Notes: generated by a model not told the origin, from the sequence alone. Shown: positions 29,354-40,418, counted from the stretch's first letter. The stretch is 64,000 bases of DNA from Alphaproteobacteria bacterium (GCA_964291415.2 OZ219920.1:416001-480000); one strand, 5' to 3'. Made by a program: numbers and translations.

Positions 29354-30268
29354 TCAGCCGCGGATCCGGTAGTCGGTCAGGGTCCGGGCGATCGCCTTCT
29401 CGCCCCTTGGAGCCATCAGGTGGGCGCCGGCGATGCCCCTGATCTCCCTGAACTGCTCGATGAGTTCGGCGCACACCTTGCGTCCTTCCTCCTTCTCGTC
29501 CGCCGCACCCTCGATCCGGCGGATGACATGGTCGGGCACGTGCACGCCAAACAGGTTGGCGTCCATCCAGCGGGCCGAGCGGGCCGACATGATCGGCCCG
29601 ACGCCGACGATGAACCGTGCCTTGCGGGTGATTCCGTGATCGTCGAGCGCCGCCATGTAGCGGCGGAGAACGTCGATGTCGTAGGCAAACTGGGTCTGGA
29701 AGAAATCCACGCCGGCGGCGATCTTGGCATCGAGGCCGTCGGTGTTGAATCCGGCGCCGGGATCGCGGGGGGTGTCGGCAGCGCCGATCAGCAGGCCCGG
29801 AGGCGGATCGATGGCCCGGCCCGACGGCAGGCATCCCTCGTCGCGCAGCTGCCGCGCCATGGAGATGAGGCCGCGGCTGTCGGTGTCCTCCACCGCCTTC
29901 GCCTCGGGCTGATCGCCCTTGGTGATGCTGTCGCCGTGGAGGCACAGGATCGAGGGAACGCCGAGGGCCGCCGCACCGATCATGTCGCCCTGGATGGCGA
30001 GGCGGTTGCGGTCGCGAACCGTGAACTGCAGCACCGGCTCGATGCCGTTCGCCGCCAGGATCGCCGCGCAGGGCAGGGCGGACATGTGGGTCCTGGCTCC
30101 GGCGCCGTCCGTCACGTTGACGGCATCGACGAGGCCCTTGAGACAGCCCGTGCGCTCCATGACCGCATCACGGGTGGCGGCATCGGGCGGCGTGGTCTCC
30201 GCGGTGATGACGAAGTCGCCTGCGGCGAGGCGCGCCTCGAGCTGTCCGGGTGATTTCATGATCGGCAC
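29354..30268 (-). CDS. metF: Methylenetetrahydrofolate reductase (paralog 2)
   Basis: TAETTPP, NVTD, RDRNRLAIQ, KIAAGVDFFQTQF. Confidence 0.88.
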   Translation of the reverse strand: MPIMKSPGQLEARLAAGDFVITAETTPPDAATRDAVMERTGCLKGLVDAVNVTDGAGARTHMSALPCAAILAANGIEPVLQFTVRDRNRLAIQGDMIGAAALGVPSILCLHGDSITKGDQPEAKAVEDTDSRGLISMARQLRDEGCLPSGRAIDPPPGLLIGAADTPRDPGAGFNTDGLDAKIAAGVDFFQTQFAYDIDVLRRYMAALDDHGITRKARFIVGVGPIMSARSARWMDANLFGVHVPDHVIRRIEGAADEKEEGRKVCAELIEQFREIRGIAGAHLMAPRGEKAIARTLTDYRIRG

Positions 30269-30274
30269 CGTCTT

Positions 30275-30577
30275 TCAGGGTTCGCGGCCGCCGGCCCGGA
30301 CATGGGCCGCCAGCACGTCTGGTGTGAATGTCGCTTCGAGGCGCGCCACCGCTTCGTCGGCCGCCGTCGCGAGATCGTCGCCACAGACGACCGGCGACGA
30401 GCGGCGCCAGTGCTCGAGATAGGCGTCCGAGCCGTGGAGCCCGGCATGCATGGCGGCCTGGTCGATCGCCTTCTCGAAGCGGGTCGAGAGCACGCGCCTC
30501 TCGGAGCGGCGGCCGGCCTTGGCGATCACCTGGGCGGGGATGTCGCGCCAGTAGACAACGGTCAGCGTCGCCGCCAT
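30275..30577 (-). CDS. 'Virulence factor' family small protein of corrinoid methyl-transfer clusters
   Basis: VVYWRDIPAQV...RFEKAIDQAAM...YLEHWRR. Start MAATL. Confidence 0.85.
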   Translation of the reverse strand: MAATLTVVYWRDIPAQVIAKAGRRSERRVLSTRFEKAIDQAAMHAGLHGSDAYLEHWRRSSPVVCGDDLATAADEAVARLEATFTPDVLAAHVRAGGREP

Positions 30578-31190
30578 CACTGTTCTCCCGCCGCCTGCTG
30601 CGCCTCGGCCAGCAGGGTCTGAAGAGCGCCGTATCCCACGTGACGCATGTCGAACTCCAGGCCCAGACGCGCCGCCGCGGCCCTTGCCCTCTCTTCGAGG
30701 TCGGGATCCGGCGCCTGGGCCAGCCACACCAGCCGGCGGTAGTTGCCGAAGTAGACGGGCTCGAGTTCCGGGTGACGGTCGATGCCCAGTCCCTTGATGA
30801 TCAGGGTGTTGAAATGACGCACCAGGTAGTCGGTGAGATAGAAGGTGCCGGGCTCCTCGTCGTGGAGGGCCTCGAAGACGTCCCTGCCGGCGAAGAACTG
30901 GTAGCAGTGGGGCCCACCGATCCTCGCCACACCCTCGTCTTCCAGCACCTCATCGAGGGCGCCGCCGGTGCCGCAGTCTGCGTAGGCGACAAAGATGTGC
31001 TCGAAATCGCCTCGTGCCTCGCGGATCTTGCGGCGTACGCCTTCGGGAATCAGCGAGGGCCGGTTGTGCCAGTCGGCCGGCAGGCACTGGACTTCGATCG
31101 CGTCCCAGCCATGGGCGCGCACAAGGGTCATGATGTCGTGGGCCAGCGCGCCACAGGCGATGACGAGACTGCGCCCGTGATCGGTCGCGC

Positions 31191-31194
<4 letters not shown>
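30577..31194 (-). CDS. DUF1638 domain protein, probably starting at a CTG
   Basis: Conserved VIACGALA lies upstream of the first ATG (31131). An in-frame CTG overlaps the upstream TGA. Also YADCGTGG, GPHCY, FYLTDYL, YFGNY. Confidence 0.85.
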
Positions 31195-31898
<704 letters not shown>

Positions 31899-31968
31899 CA
31901 GCCTGCTCCCATCAGTCGATCTCCAAGGGCACACGTATGACCATCATATTCCCGTGTGTAGTGTGTTC

Positions 31969-31995
31969 GCGACTCCGGTTGTCGCAAAAGCGACA
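31969..31995. promoter_or_regulatory. Palindromic operator candidate upstream of the corrinoid operon
   Basis: GCGAC-N6-TGTCGC-AAAA-GCGACA, three alternating half-sites. Confidence 0.5.
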
Positions 31996-32075
31996 CATTC
32001 ACCGCATTGTTTCGCCCGGCCCATGCGACGGACCGTCCTCATCCCCACACCGGGAACTCCCGTTCCCGGCAGGCG

Positions 32076-35000
32076 TCAGCCGGCCGGGGCGCTGTCGCGC
32101 AGTCTTTCGGCCGCATCGAGGTCGACGGAGACGAGCTGCGAGACCCCCGGTTCGCTCATGGTGACGCCGAACAGCCGGTGCATGCGCGCCATGGTGACGC
32201 GATGGTGGGTGATCACCAGAAACCGGGTGCTGTCCGTGGCGGCGAACTCGTCGAGCAGGTCGCAGAATCGCGCCACGTTGGCATCGTCAAGGGGTGCGTC
32301 CACCTCGTCGAGGACGCACACCGGCGACGGGTTGGTGAGGAAAAGGGCGAAGATGAGGGCGATGGCCGCCATCGCCTGTTCGCCGCCGGAAAGCAGCGAC
32401 AGCGCCTGCAGCTTCTTGCCGGACGGATTGGCATCGACCTCGAGACCGGCCTCGAGGGGATCGTCGGAATCCACCAGCGAGAGGCGCGCTTCGCCGCCCG
32501 TCAGACGGCGATGCAGGTCCTGGAAGTGGCGATCGATGTCATTGAAGGCAGCGAGCAGCCGCTCGCGGCCCTCGCGGTTGAGCTCGCCGATGCCGCGGCG
32601 CAACCGCTGGATGGCTTTCTCGAGATCGCTGCGCTCGCGGCTGAGGGCGGAGATCTGCTCGGCGAGTTCCGTCATCTCCGTTCCGGCCATGAGGTTGACC
32701 GGGCCCATGTTGTCGCGCTCGCGCACGGCCCTCGCGTAGCGCTGCTCCAGGTCCCCGGCCTCAGCGAGAGCGCCGGCGTCCGGCACCTGGCCTGCCAGGT
32801 CCTCGGGCGCAAGCGAGAGGTTGTGGCGGATCTGGTCGGCAACGTCCGCCGAACGCTGCCTTGCCTGCGCGAGGTCTGCCTCGCGCCGTGCCCGTTCCTC
32901 GCGCCTGGCATAGAGAGCCTGTTCCTGCTGGCGCATCGCGCTCTCGCGTTCGGCCAGCTGCGTTTCGGCCGTGGCGAGACGATCGGCGTCGGCCTTGCGC
33001 CGTTCCCGGGCTCGACTGATCCGGTCGCCGAGGTCGCGCCGCTGGCGGGCAATGCGCTCCGGCGCGCTCTCGAGTTCCTCGCAGGTGGCGCGCCGCGACG
33101 CGATGCGTTCTTCCATGCCGGTGATGCGCTGACGCGCCTCGCTGGCGCGCGAGCGCCACGATTCCCGCTCGCGGCCGATGGCTTCGATGCGCCTGAGGCG
33201 CATGTCGCGTTCCTGATGCAGCCGGTCGCAGTCGCGCTGGCGTTCAAGGACTGCCTGGCGCAGGAGTTCGAGCCTCTCGCGCAGCGCCTCGAGGTCGCCT
33301 TCGTCGTCCGCTTCCGGCAACCCTTCGAGGTCACTGCGGCAGCGGGCGAGGGTCTCTTCGAGAGAGGCCTGCTCCGCGGCCTTGCGTTGCGCCTCGACGG
33401 CGCGCCGCTCCTGACGTTCTTCCAGATCCAGGAGCATCCGTGCCGCCGCGGCCGCCTCGTTGACGCATGTCGCGAGGCGGTCGGCGAGACGGGTGGCCGT
33501 GCGCCGCGCCTCGTCCTCTCCAAGGCGCGCCGCGGCCTCGGCTTCCACGGCGGCCGCGTGCGCATCGTAAGCCCGTTGGCGATCGGGCCTGGCCTCGTCG
33601 AGATCCCGGTTGAGGGCGTCGAGGCGGGCCCTCTGAGCGAGGCGGGTGGCGGCGCCCGACCGGGAACCGGTGACGTAGTAGCCGTCCCAGCGCCACATGT
33701 CGCCCTCGCGACTGACGAGGCGCTCTCCCGGTCCAAGGGACGCTGCCAGCTCGCGGCCCGAAGAGGCGTCGACAACCCCGGTGCGTTCGAGGCGGCGGGC
33801 GAGTTCCGGCGGGCCCTTCACGTGACGCGTGAGGGGTTCGGCCCCGGCCGGCAGGGAAGGGGGTACGGCCGGCGTGGCAACGAGATGCCAGCCGCGTTCG
33901 TGCCCGTCGCCCGACGGGGCCTCGAGATCGTCTCCCAGGGCGGCACCCAGGGCGTTCTCGTATCCGGCCGACACCTCGACCGAGTCGAGCAGCGGTTTCA
34001 GGTCTCCCGCCTCGTGGCTCCAGGCCTCGGCCTCGAGGGCCTCGGCCGCACTCTCGAGTCTCTCGACGCGATGGTCGGCGCCGCGCAGGGCAAGGCGGGT
34101 CTCCTCTTCCACGCGCCGGGCCGTCGCGTGGGCCTCTTCGTGGCGCAGGAGGTCACGGCGGGCGCTCTCGCGCGCCAGTTCGGCCTCCTCCTCCTGCCGG
34201 CGCCGCCTTGAGAGGTCGGCACGGGCTGCGTCGATCGCCGCGCCGCCGTCATCGGCCGGCACATCCTCCTCAAGGGAGGCGAGACGGGCCTCGCAGTCGG
34301 CGATCTCCCGGATGAGGGCCTGGCGTTCGGCGGAGAGCGCGGCTGCTCTCCTGGTCGCGTCGTTCACCTGGGCCTCGATCTCCCGGACATCCTGCAGTGC
34401 CAGGCGCAAGGCCTCCTCGGCGGCGGCGATGACGGGCCCGTCGCTTTCGTTCGCAAGGCCTTCGCGCTCCGCATCGAGACGGGCGAGGGTCTCCTCGCCC
34501 TCGGCCTCCAGCGCCTGTTCCCGCCTCAGGTTATCGGCGAGCTCGACGAGAGCGCTCCGCGCCTCCTTCAGGGCGTCGTCGATCCGTCCCCCTTCGGTCT
34601 CGAGAACGCCACGCGCCACGTCGAGCTCATGGAGCGCCCGGTCGGCATCGCTGAGCGCCTGGCGTGCCGGCGGCACCGCTGCGGCAGCGCTCTCTCGCGC
34701 CGAGGTGGCCGCGGCCACCACGCCGGTGAGTTCGGCGACCTCCGACTCGATGGCGGTGAAGGCATCGTCGGCTGCGACGAGGGCCTCGCCGGCGTCCTGC
34801 CACAGGCGCAGGCGCCAGCGCATCTCGGCATCCCGGATTCGCTTGGCGAGGTTGCGGTAGCGTTGCGCCATGCGTTCCTGGCGGCGCAGGTTGGCATGGC
34901 GGTCTTCCAGGCCATCGATGACGACGATCAGATCGTCGAGATTCCTCTCCGCTCCCTGGAGACGCAGTTCGGCCTCGTGACGGCGCGCCTGCAGGCCGGC

Positions 35001-35510
35001 GATTCCGGCCGCCTCCTCGAGGAGATGGCGGCGGCTGGCCGGCTTTCTCTTGATGATGTCCGAGATCTGGCCCTGGTTCACCAGGGCCGAGCTCGATGTG
35101 CCCGACGCGATGTCGGCAAAGAAGTGGCGCACGTCCCGCGCCCGCATGTCCTGGCCGTTGATGGTGTAGGCCGAACCGCTGCCGCGCTCGATGCGCCGCG
35201 TGATCTCGATCTCGTCGATGTCATTCCACCGCGCCGGGGCATCGCGGCCCGGGTTGGCAAGCGAGAGGGTCACTTCCGCCAGGTTGCGCGACGGCCTGAG
35301 ACTGGTTCCGGCGAAGATGACGTCCTCCATGCCGCCGCCGCGCACCCTGGTCGGCGACGCCTCGCCCATGATCCATCGCAGGGCCTCGAGCAGGTTGGAC
35401 TTGCCGCAGCCGTTGGGGCCGACGACGCCGGTCAGCCCGGGTTCGATCAGGAGGTCGGCGGGGTCGACGAAGGACTTGAAACCGACGAGGCGCAGACGGG
35501 AAAAGTGCAT
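32076..35510 (-). CDS. smc: Chromosome segregation protein SMC
   Basis: GFKSF, GPNGCGKSN, long coiled coils, LSGGE, LDEVDAPLD, ITH. Confidence 0.97.
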   Translation of the reverse strand: MHFSRLRLVGFKSFVDPADLLIEPGLTGVVGPNGCGKSNLLEALRWIMGEASPTRVRGGGMEDVIFAGTSLRPSRNLAEVTLSLANPGRDAPARWNDIDEIEITRRIERGSGSAYTINGQDMRARDVRHFFADIASGTSSSALVNQGQISDIIKRKPASRRHLLEEAAGIAGLQARRHEAELRLQGAERNLDDLIVVIDGLEDRHANLRRQERMAQRYRNLAKRIRDAEMRWRLRLWQDAGEALVAADDAFTAIESEVAELTGVVAAATSARESAAAAVPPARQALSDADRALHELDVARGVLETEGGRIDDALKEARSALVELADNLRREQALEAEGEETLARLDAEREGLANESDGPVIAAAEEALRLALQDVREIEAQVNDATRRAAALSAERQALIREIADCEARLASLEEDVPADDGGAAIDAARADLSRRRRQEEEAELARESARRDLLRHEEAHATARRVEEETRLALRGADHRVERLESAAEALEAEAWSHEAGDLKPLLDSVEVSAGYENALGAALGDDLEAPSGDGHERGWHLVATPAVPPSLPAGAEPLTRHVKGPPELARRLERTGVVDASSGRELAASLGPGERLVSREGDMWRWDGYYVTGSRSGAATRLAQRARLDALNRDLDEARPDRQRAYDAHAAAVEAEAAARLGEDEARRTATRLADRLATCVNEAAAAARMLLDLEERQERRAVEAQRKAAEQASLEETLARCRSDLEGLPEADDEGDLEALRERLELLRQAVLERQRDCDRLHQERDMRLRRIEAIGRERESWRSRASEARQRITGMEERIASRRATCEELESAPERIARQRRDLGDRISRARERRKADADRLATAETQLAERESAMRQQEQALYARREERARREADLAQARQRSADVADQIRHNLSLAPEDLAGQVPDAGALAEAGDLEQRYARAVRERDNMGPVNLMAGTEMTELAEQISALSRERSDLEKAIQRLRRGIGELNREGRERLLAAFNDIDRHFQDLHRRLTGGEARLSLVDSDDPLEAGLEVDANPSGKKLQALSLLSGGEQAMAAIALIFALFLTNPSPVCVLDEVDAPLDDANVARFCDLLDEFAATDSTRFLVITHHRVTMARMHRLFGVTMSEPGVSQLVSVDLDAAERLRDSAPAG

Positions 35511-35533
35511 GCCGGTCTACTGGCACGCTCCGC

Positions 35534-36127
35534 TCACAAGGCGGCCTCGATGTCCTGGAGCATCGCGTCGAGCGCCGCGTAACCGGGATCGCCGGAGACC
35601 ACCTCCCCGTTGAGGACGAGCGTCGGCGTCACCCTGACCCCATGGGTCGCGCGGGCCTCCTCCAGGCCCTCGAGGATCCGCTGCATCACCGCGCGGTCGT
35701 CGATGCACTGATCGACGATGGCCGGATCGCGTCCCCCGGATGCGACGATGGCTCTCAGTTCCGCCACCGGATCGTCCGCACCGGCCCAGCGGTCGCGGGT
35801 GCGGAAGAGCACGTCGACGAAGCGGAAGAAGCTGTCGCCGCCGGCACAGCGGGCCAGCGCCGCCACCCTCAGCGCCAGGCCGTCCAGGGGATAATCGCGG
35901 AACACCAGCCTGGCGCGTCCCGTCTCGAGCCAGTTGGCCTTGAGATCGGGAAGCGTGTTGGCATGGAAGGCGGCGCAGGCGCCGCAGGTCATCGAGGCAT
36001 ACTCGATGATCTCGATGGGAGCCGCGGGATCGCCGAGGATCATGTCGCCCCCGTCGGCCCGCGCCCTGACGAACGGCGCCACCACCGCTCCCGCCGCCAG
36101 TCCCACAAATTCGCGTCTCTTCCACAC
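35534..36127 (-). CDS. DsbA/thioredoxin-4 family protein
   Basis: EYASMTCGAC (CxxC), TP cis-Pro motif, RR-type leader; typical upstream neighbour of smc. Confidence 0.9.
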   Translation of the reverse strand: MWKRREFVGLAAGAVVAPFVRARADGGDMILGDPAAPIEIIEYASMTCGACAAFHANTLPDLKANWLETGRARLVFRDYPLDGLALRVAALARCAGGDSFFRFVDVLFRTRDRWAGADDPVAELRAIVASGGRDPAIVDQCIDDRAVMQRILEGLEEARATHGVRVTPTLVLNGEVVSGDPGYAALDAMLQDIEAAL

Positions 36128-36139
36128 GGCCGGACACGC

Positions 36140-36190
36140 CTCCCTGAAAGACGCCGCCGATCATAAGGCAGGCACCCGCGCCATCTCAAG
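36140..36190 (+). repeat. About 50-bp imperfect direct repeat, copy 1
   Basis: ctccctgaaagacgccgccgatcataaggcaggcacccgcgccatctcaag, matching 36688-36737. Confidence 0.8.
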
Positions 36191-36687
36191 ATGCCGAAGC
36201 CGGGCGATACCGCACGATCGCGCTAGTCATACCGACGTTCTTGCATGCTGACAGACTGCCCGTGCCGGTTCCCTGCAGCTCGCGTCGTACGCCGTGCGTG
36301 TGCAATTGCCGGGATTCCCGCCACCGCCCATGACACTGCGGCCTTGTCTTGGGGAAGCAGCCACGCCCTCGAATACGTGCTTCGCGTCTACGATATCGAG
36401 ACGGAGGCGCAGAGAATGACAGCACACGACTCCAGGCAGGACTGATCTGGAGGCGGTCATGGCACTGGGATTCCGTATCGTGCCTTCCTTGTTGTTGCGG
36501 GCGCAACTGCCAGGACTACGAGCGCATCCTTGAAACTGCCGAGTGGATTTCGCCAGCCACGCGTGCGTGGATCCAACACCTCAGCCGAGTACCCGAAATG
36601 CTTGAAACCGGGTGTGCCGACGGAGCATTTCGTTTCTGAAGGATCAGAAACGGTCGAGAGTCCGGGCGCTATGTGTCCGAGGAACTC

Positions 36688-36737
36688 CTCCCCAAGAGAC
36701 GCCGCCGATCACAAGGCAGGCACCCCAGCCATCTCAG
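36688..36737 (+). repeat. About 50-bp imperfect direct repeat, copy 2
   Basis: ctccccaagagacgccgccgatcacaaggcaggcaccccagccatctcag. Confidence 0.8.
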
Positions 36738-36764
36738 GACACGGAGGCCAATTTCGGCTTGCTC

Positions 36765-36804
36765 TTGACATCGACGGAAATGTAACTACAAGAAAGCAAC
36801 TACA
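36765..36804 (+). promoter_or_regulatory. brnTA promoter/operator candidate
   Basis: TTGACA (36765-70), then palindrome TGTA-AC-TACA overlapping a TACAAG -10-like box, and a second AACTACA. Confidence 0.55.
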
Positions 36805-36818
36805 GGAACGCCACCTCC

Positions 36819-37109
36819 TTGCGCTGGGCATGGGACTACGGAAAGAACCTCACCAACAGGGGATAGCATGGTCTGGATTTCGAGACAGCGCAGCTCGTGT
36901 TCGATGATCCATTGGCGGCCTCGCGCCAGGAGACGCATTCTGACGAAGAGCGATGGCAGACAATCGGGACGATCGGGAACGTTGTCGTGATAGTGGCTCA
37001 CACCTTCCCTCGTCTCGATCGTGAAACCGGCGACGAGACCGGGCGTATCATCAGCGCCCGAAAGGCCACGACACATGAGAGGAGACTCTATGAAGAAGGC
37101 GACTTCTAG
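36819..37109 (+). pseudogene. brnT: BrnT toxin with premature TAG
   Basis: TTG start MRWAWDYGKNLTNRG*HGLDFETAQLVFDDP...EERW...RIISARKAT. TAG 36864-66 replaces the K of the conserved KHG. Confidence 0.85.
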
Positions 37110-37374
37110 AACACTGACCGAGGCACAGAAGGCGGATCTGGCCGCGCTTGAGGCTTTGCCCGACGATCAAATTGATACGAGCGACTTGCCTGAGATCGTG
37201 AATTGGCCAGACGCCCGACGTGGCCTCTTTTATCGACCGTTGAAGAAGCAGATCACATTGCGCCTGGATGTCGACGTACTGGCCTGGTTCAGGAGAAATG
37301 CACCGGGTGGGCGTGGATATCAGACCGAGATCAACCGCGCCTTGCGGCAGCACGTTCAACGCAACCGACGGTGA
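37090..37374 (+). CDS. brnA: BrnA antitoxin
   Basis: IDTSDLPE, KKQITLRLDVDVLAWFR, GYQTEINRALR. Confidence 0.93.
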   Translation: MKKATSRTLTEAQKADLAALEALPDDQIDTSDLPEIVNWPDARRGLFYRPLKKQITLRLDVDVLAWFRRNAPGGRGYQTEINRALRQHVQRNRR

Positions 37375-37382
37375 ACCCGAAC

Positions 37383-38291
37383 TCATCGGCACACGGTCTC
37401 AATCCAGGGACCTCCGGGAGGCCACGAGGCAACCTCTGCTTTGGTCAGCATCGGCTGCAGGAAGGCACGCAGACAATCGATGACCTCGACGAGTGAGGGG
37501 GGCGCCACTGCGAGCCGGTTGCGCTCCAGGTAGGCCTGCCACTGGGTTTCCTTCTCAAGGGCGAAGCCATCACTGAGGCCGACAGGTACTTGTCCCGGCA
37601 AGGAGGTTCGGCGTCGTTCGAAGGTCCGACGGATGGCCTTCGACAGGTCGTCGCCTTCGAACGAAAACACCTGCGCGATCATCCAGAGGTCGTAGAAATC
37701 CTTCATGCGGCTGTTTGCGATACCGCGCGTCACGATTGCTTCAGCTTTTTCGGCGACGACGGTTTCTGGCGGATAGGCACGCAGGATGGGCGCGGGCGCG
37801 TCGAGCAGCGTGGGGTATTCGATTTCGATCGCCCCGGGCGTGATCACGTCTCCGAAACCGACATCGATCTGAATGGGCAGTCGCGCCCCGGCGATGGTTG
37901 CGCTGGTTCTGATGCGCACACCGGGATACGCGTCCTCGTCGCGGATTGGAGCGGCTTCAACGCGCGCAGCGTCGAAGACAACCCCGTCGTCAGGAACTTT
38001 CACGGAGCAGACGGAGCGGATGCTTGCCGCAATCGACGCGGGATCGGGATCGCCCTGACCCAGCAAGTCGAGGTCACGGGTCGGTCGGAAGAGATCCTCC
38101 TGCCAGACTGCGAGGAGCATCGCTCCCTTCAGGACAAGCTGTTCGCGCTGGTTGGAGACGCTGAGTCGGTAGAGCAATCGCTCGAGCGCGTAACGGGTCA
38201 GAAGCAACTGAAAATCCGCCTGTTCGGCACGGGCGCGCGCGAGCAGGCGGGTACGCACGGATGCGCCGACGTTGCGAAGTTCACGCGCCAT
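37383..38291 (-). CDS. abiEii: Type IV TA / Abi nucleotidyltransferase toxin AbiEii (system 1)
   Basis: LKGA, RPTRDLD, IDVGFGD, AEK, NSRMKDFYD. Confidence 0.92.
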   Translation of the reverse strand: MARELRNVGASVRTRLLARARAEQADFQLLLTRYALERLLYRLSVSNQREQLVLKGAMLLAVWQEDLFRPTRDLDLLGQGDPDPASIAASIRSVCSVKVPDDGVVFDAARVEAAPIRDEDAYPGVRIRTSATIAGARLPIQIDVGFGDVITPGAIEIEYPTLLDAPAPILRAYPPETVVAEKAEAIVTRGIANSRMKDFYDLWMIAQVFSFEGDDLSKAIRRTFERRRTSLPGQVPVGLSDGFALEKETQWQAYLERNRLAVAPPSLVEVIDCLRAFLQPMLTKAEVASWPPGGPWIETVCR

Positions 38292-38904
38292 CGGCGACCA
38301 TCGCTTCGACATAGGGCCGCATCACTGACCAGGCACGCTCCGAGCGAGCGAACTCCCAAAGCTGGTCGGGTGTGACGCGACGGCTGCGGAGCCCTTCCCG
38401 GAGTCCTTCCAGCGCGATGTCGAGCCCGATCTTGCTGCGGTATCGGAAGCAGTCGACAATCGACTTGGCCGGCTCGAATATCGGGACCTCAATTCCCTCG
38501 ATGAGATGCCGCTTCACCCCCCCCATCAGGGCGTGGCCGCTGAATCTGACAAAGCGGACCAGGGGGTATTCAACGTTGGGCTTCCATCCGGTGCGGTCGA
38601 TGGCGATCCAGACAGCGGAAGGCATCTGGAGTGTCAATTCATGAAACTGAAGCGCGGATGTAAGGCAAATCACTCCCCTGGGCACGAGGGCCGAGGCCTC
38701 TGCAAGGCTGCGTCGGGGATCCGGAATCGCGTCAGCAAGCTGGTAGAGGCCGCGTGCGACTCGCGTGACAATGCCCTTGCGAACCAACCGGGCAACGGTC
38801 TCGGGCCCAACGCCGGCGTCACGAAGATCTCGCATGCGGACCAGCCCCCTCTGGCGACAGAGAGACAGGACCATGTCGCGTTGTTTCGTCGGGTAATGTG
38901 ACAT
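38281..38904 (-). CDS. abiEi: Type IV TA antitoxin AbiEi (system 1)
   Basis: wHTH RVARGLY, CLTSALQFHELT, SIVDCFRYRSKIGLD. Confidence 0.92.
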   Translation of the reverse strand: MSHYPTKQRDMVLSLCRQRGLVRMRDLRDAGVGPETVARLVRKGIVTRVARGLYQLADAIPDPRRSLAEASALVPRGVICLTSALQFHELTLQMPSAVWIAIDRTGWKPNVEYPLVRFVRFSGHALMGGVKRHLIEGIEVPIFEPAKSIVDCFRYRSKIGLDIALEGLREGLRSRRVTPDQLWEFARSERAWSVMRPYVEAMVADGA

Positions 38905-38947
38905 TATCTCTGCTATAATGAACAGACGCAGAGGTTATGTCACATTA
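38894..38947. promoter_or_regulatory. 20-bp inverted repeat, probable AbiEi autoregulatory operator
   Basis: TAATGTGACATTATCTCTGC-N14-GCAGAGGTTATGTCACATTA (18/20 match) at the abiEi start. AbiEi proteins are known to bind promoter inverted repeats. Confidence 0.75.
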
Positions 38948-39270
38948 GTGTTGTGAAGTCCAGTGCACATTCTGACGTTCCAGTTGAACGGTAGCGGGGC
39001 ATCCGACCTTCCGCGGCCCCTTGACTTTCGGGTTGCGGCGGGCGATGGCCACAACGATGCGCATCGCGGGGCAGCGTCGATGTCCTTGAGCGATGATTGG
39101 CGATCCGCGACCGGCAGGCAGGTGAGGTCGATATCGTCGGACAGCCTTGGCATGTCCCTATAGAACAGGCTGATGGCGGTGCCGCCCTTACACGTGAACA
39201 CGGTTTCGTTGTCGATACTCTGCAGCGTGTCCAGGAGCAGTCGGACCGGCGCCACGTACCGGTCAAGCAT
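38935..39270 (-). pseudogene. Truncated diverged copy of AbiEii of system 2
   Basis: MLDRYVAPVRLLL...KGGTAISLFYRDMPRLSDDIDLT matches the N-terminus of 40419..41333, then homology ends. Confidence 0.85.
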
Positions 39271-39400
39271 CGCCGTGGGCCGTTCGCGGTGTCCCGGGCA
39301 GGAACGCTTCGGGCACGCAAATGCGGTAGATCGGATGACATCTCCCGCCCTCTGCCAGGGCCGCGGCCCGGACCCGAAATTGATCTCTGAAGTGTCCAGG
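39263..39400 (-). pseudogene. C-terminal remnant of an AbiEi copy of system 2
   Basis: Clear DNA similarity to about 41326-41460. Confidence 0.75.
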
Positions 39401-39409
39401 AGGGTTTCA

Positions 39410-40140
39410 GGCTGATCGGTTTCCGGGTTGACTCAATGGCTCGGCAAGACCTCCAGCGCTCACCGTCGCTTAACCCATGACTCAGTGCGTCGGGTGAAAG
39501 CACTGACAGATGTGGCGATCCAGTGGGCGTTGACGCTCCCTGGCCAGCCTGCCGATGTTCACCGTGTTCCTGCCGCTGCAATCGGCTGTCCTGGGCGGAG
39601 AAACCGCGAAGGCAATCCGTGCCGGTTCCATTGTGCCCCGTCGATCATCGATGGGGCCGTCGATCAGGTCTGGGCCGCCTCGCCGATGTTGTCGACGCCG
39701 CGTTCCTCGAGGACCGTGTTGAGCCAGTTGGGATCCATCTCGGGCACCGAGGAGAGCAGGAGGTCCGTGTAGGGGTGATGGGGCGGCGTGAACATGACGT
39801 CCTTTGGACCCATCTCGACGACGCGCCCCTCCTTCATGACCACGACCTCGTCGGCGATGGAGCGCACGGTTGCGAGATCGTGGGTGATGAACATGTAGGC
39901 GAGGTCAAGTTCCTCCTGCAGGCGATCGAGAAGCCTCAGGATTCCCTCGGCGACCAGCTGGTCAAGGGCACTGGTGACCTCGTCGCAGATGATGAAGGAG
40001 GGCTCGGCCGCCAGGGCCCTGGCGATGCCAATCCGCTGTTTCTGCCCACCGGAAAGCTCGGGCGGAAAGCGGCTGTAGAACTGCGACGGTTCGAGCTCGA
40101 TGAGGTCGAGGAGCTCGTCGACCCGGTTCTTCAGCTGCGC
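39410..40140. repeat. 731-bp direct repeat copy 1 (3' end of ABC ATPase gene plus downstream flank)
   Basis: Colinear with 42360-43090 (offset 2950); about a dozen mismatches by eye. Confidence 0.95.
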
Positions 40141-40418
40141 AACCGTGAGCCCGCCGTTGGACCAGATGACCGGCACTCTCAGGGATGCCGCCGACAGTCC
40201 CTGTGGGTCGCATCTCATCCATACGGCCGGGTGCCCCTCTCGCACGTCGTCGCCAATCGCGAGGCAGGTGTCCCTGCCATCTCAGGATGCGAGGGCTGAG
40301 CGGCGCCATGCGATCGCGCCACGTCAGCCTCCCTGCGGCTTGCCCCGTGCATAGTGCGTGCCTGGAAGCGCCATGCGGTATGCAGGTGCGCGGGCAGAAT
40401 GCTGGGGGGCGCAAGGGA

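Noticed and set aside
36864-36866. Pyrrolysine or amber read-through in brnT
   Set aside because: No pyl genes are visible; a single AAG>TAG mutation in a toxin is far simpler.
39664-40245. 193-aa ABC ATPase ORF
   Set aside because: Chimera of the duplicated gene tail and non-coding sequence; it lacks Walker A.
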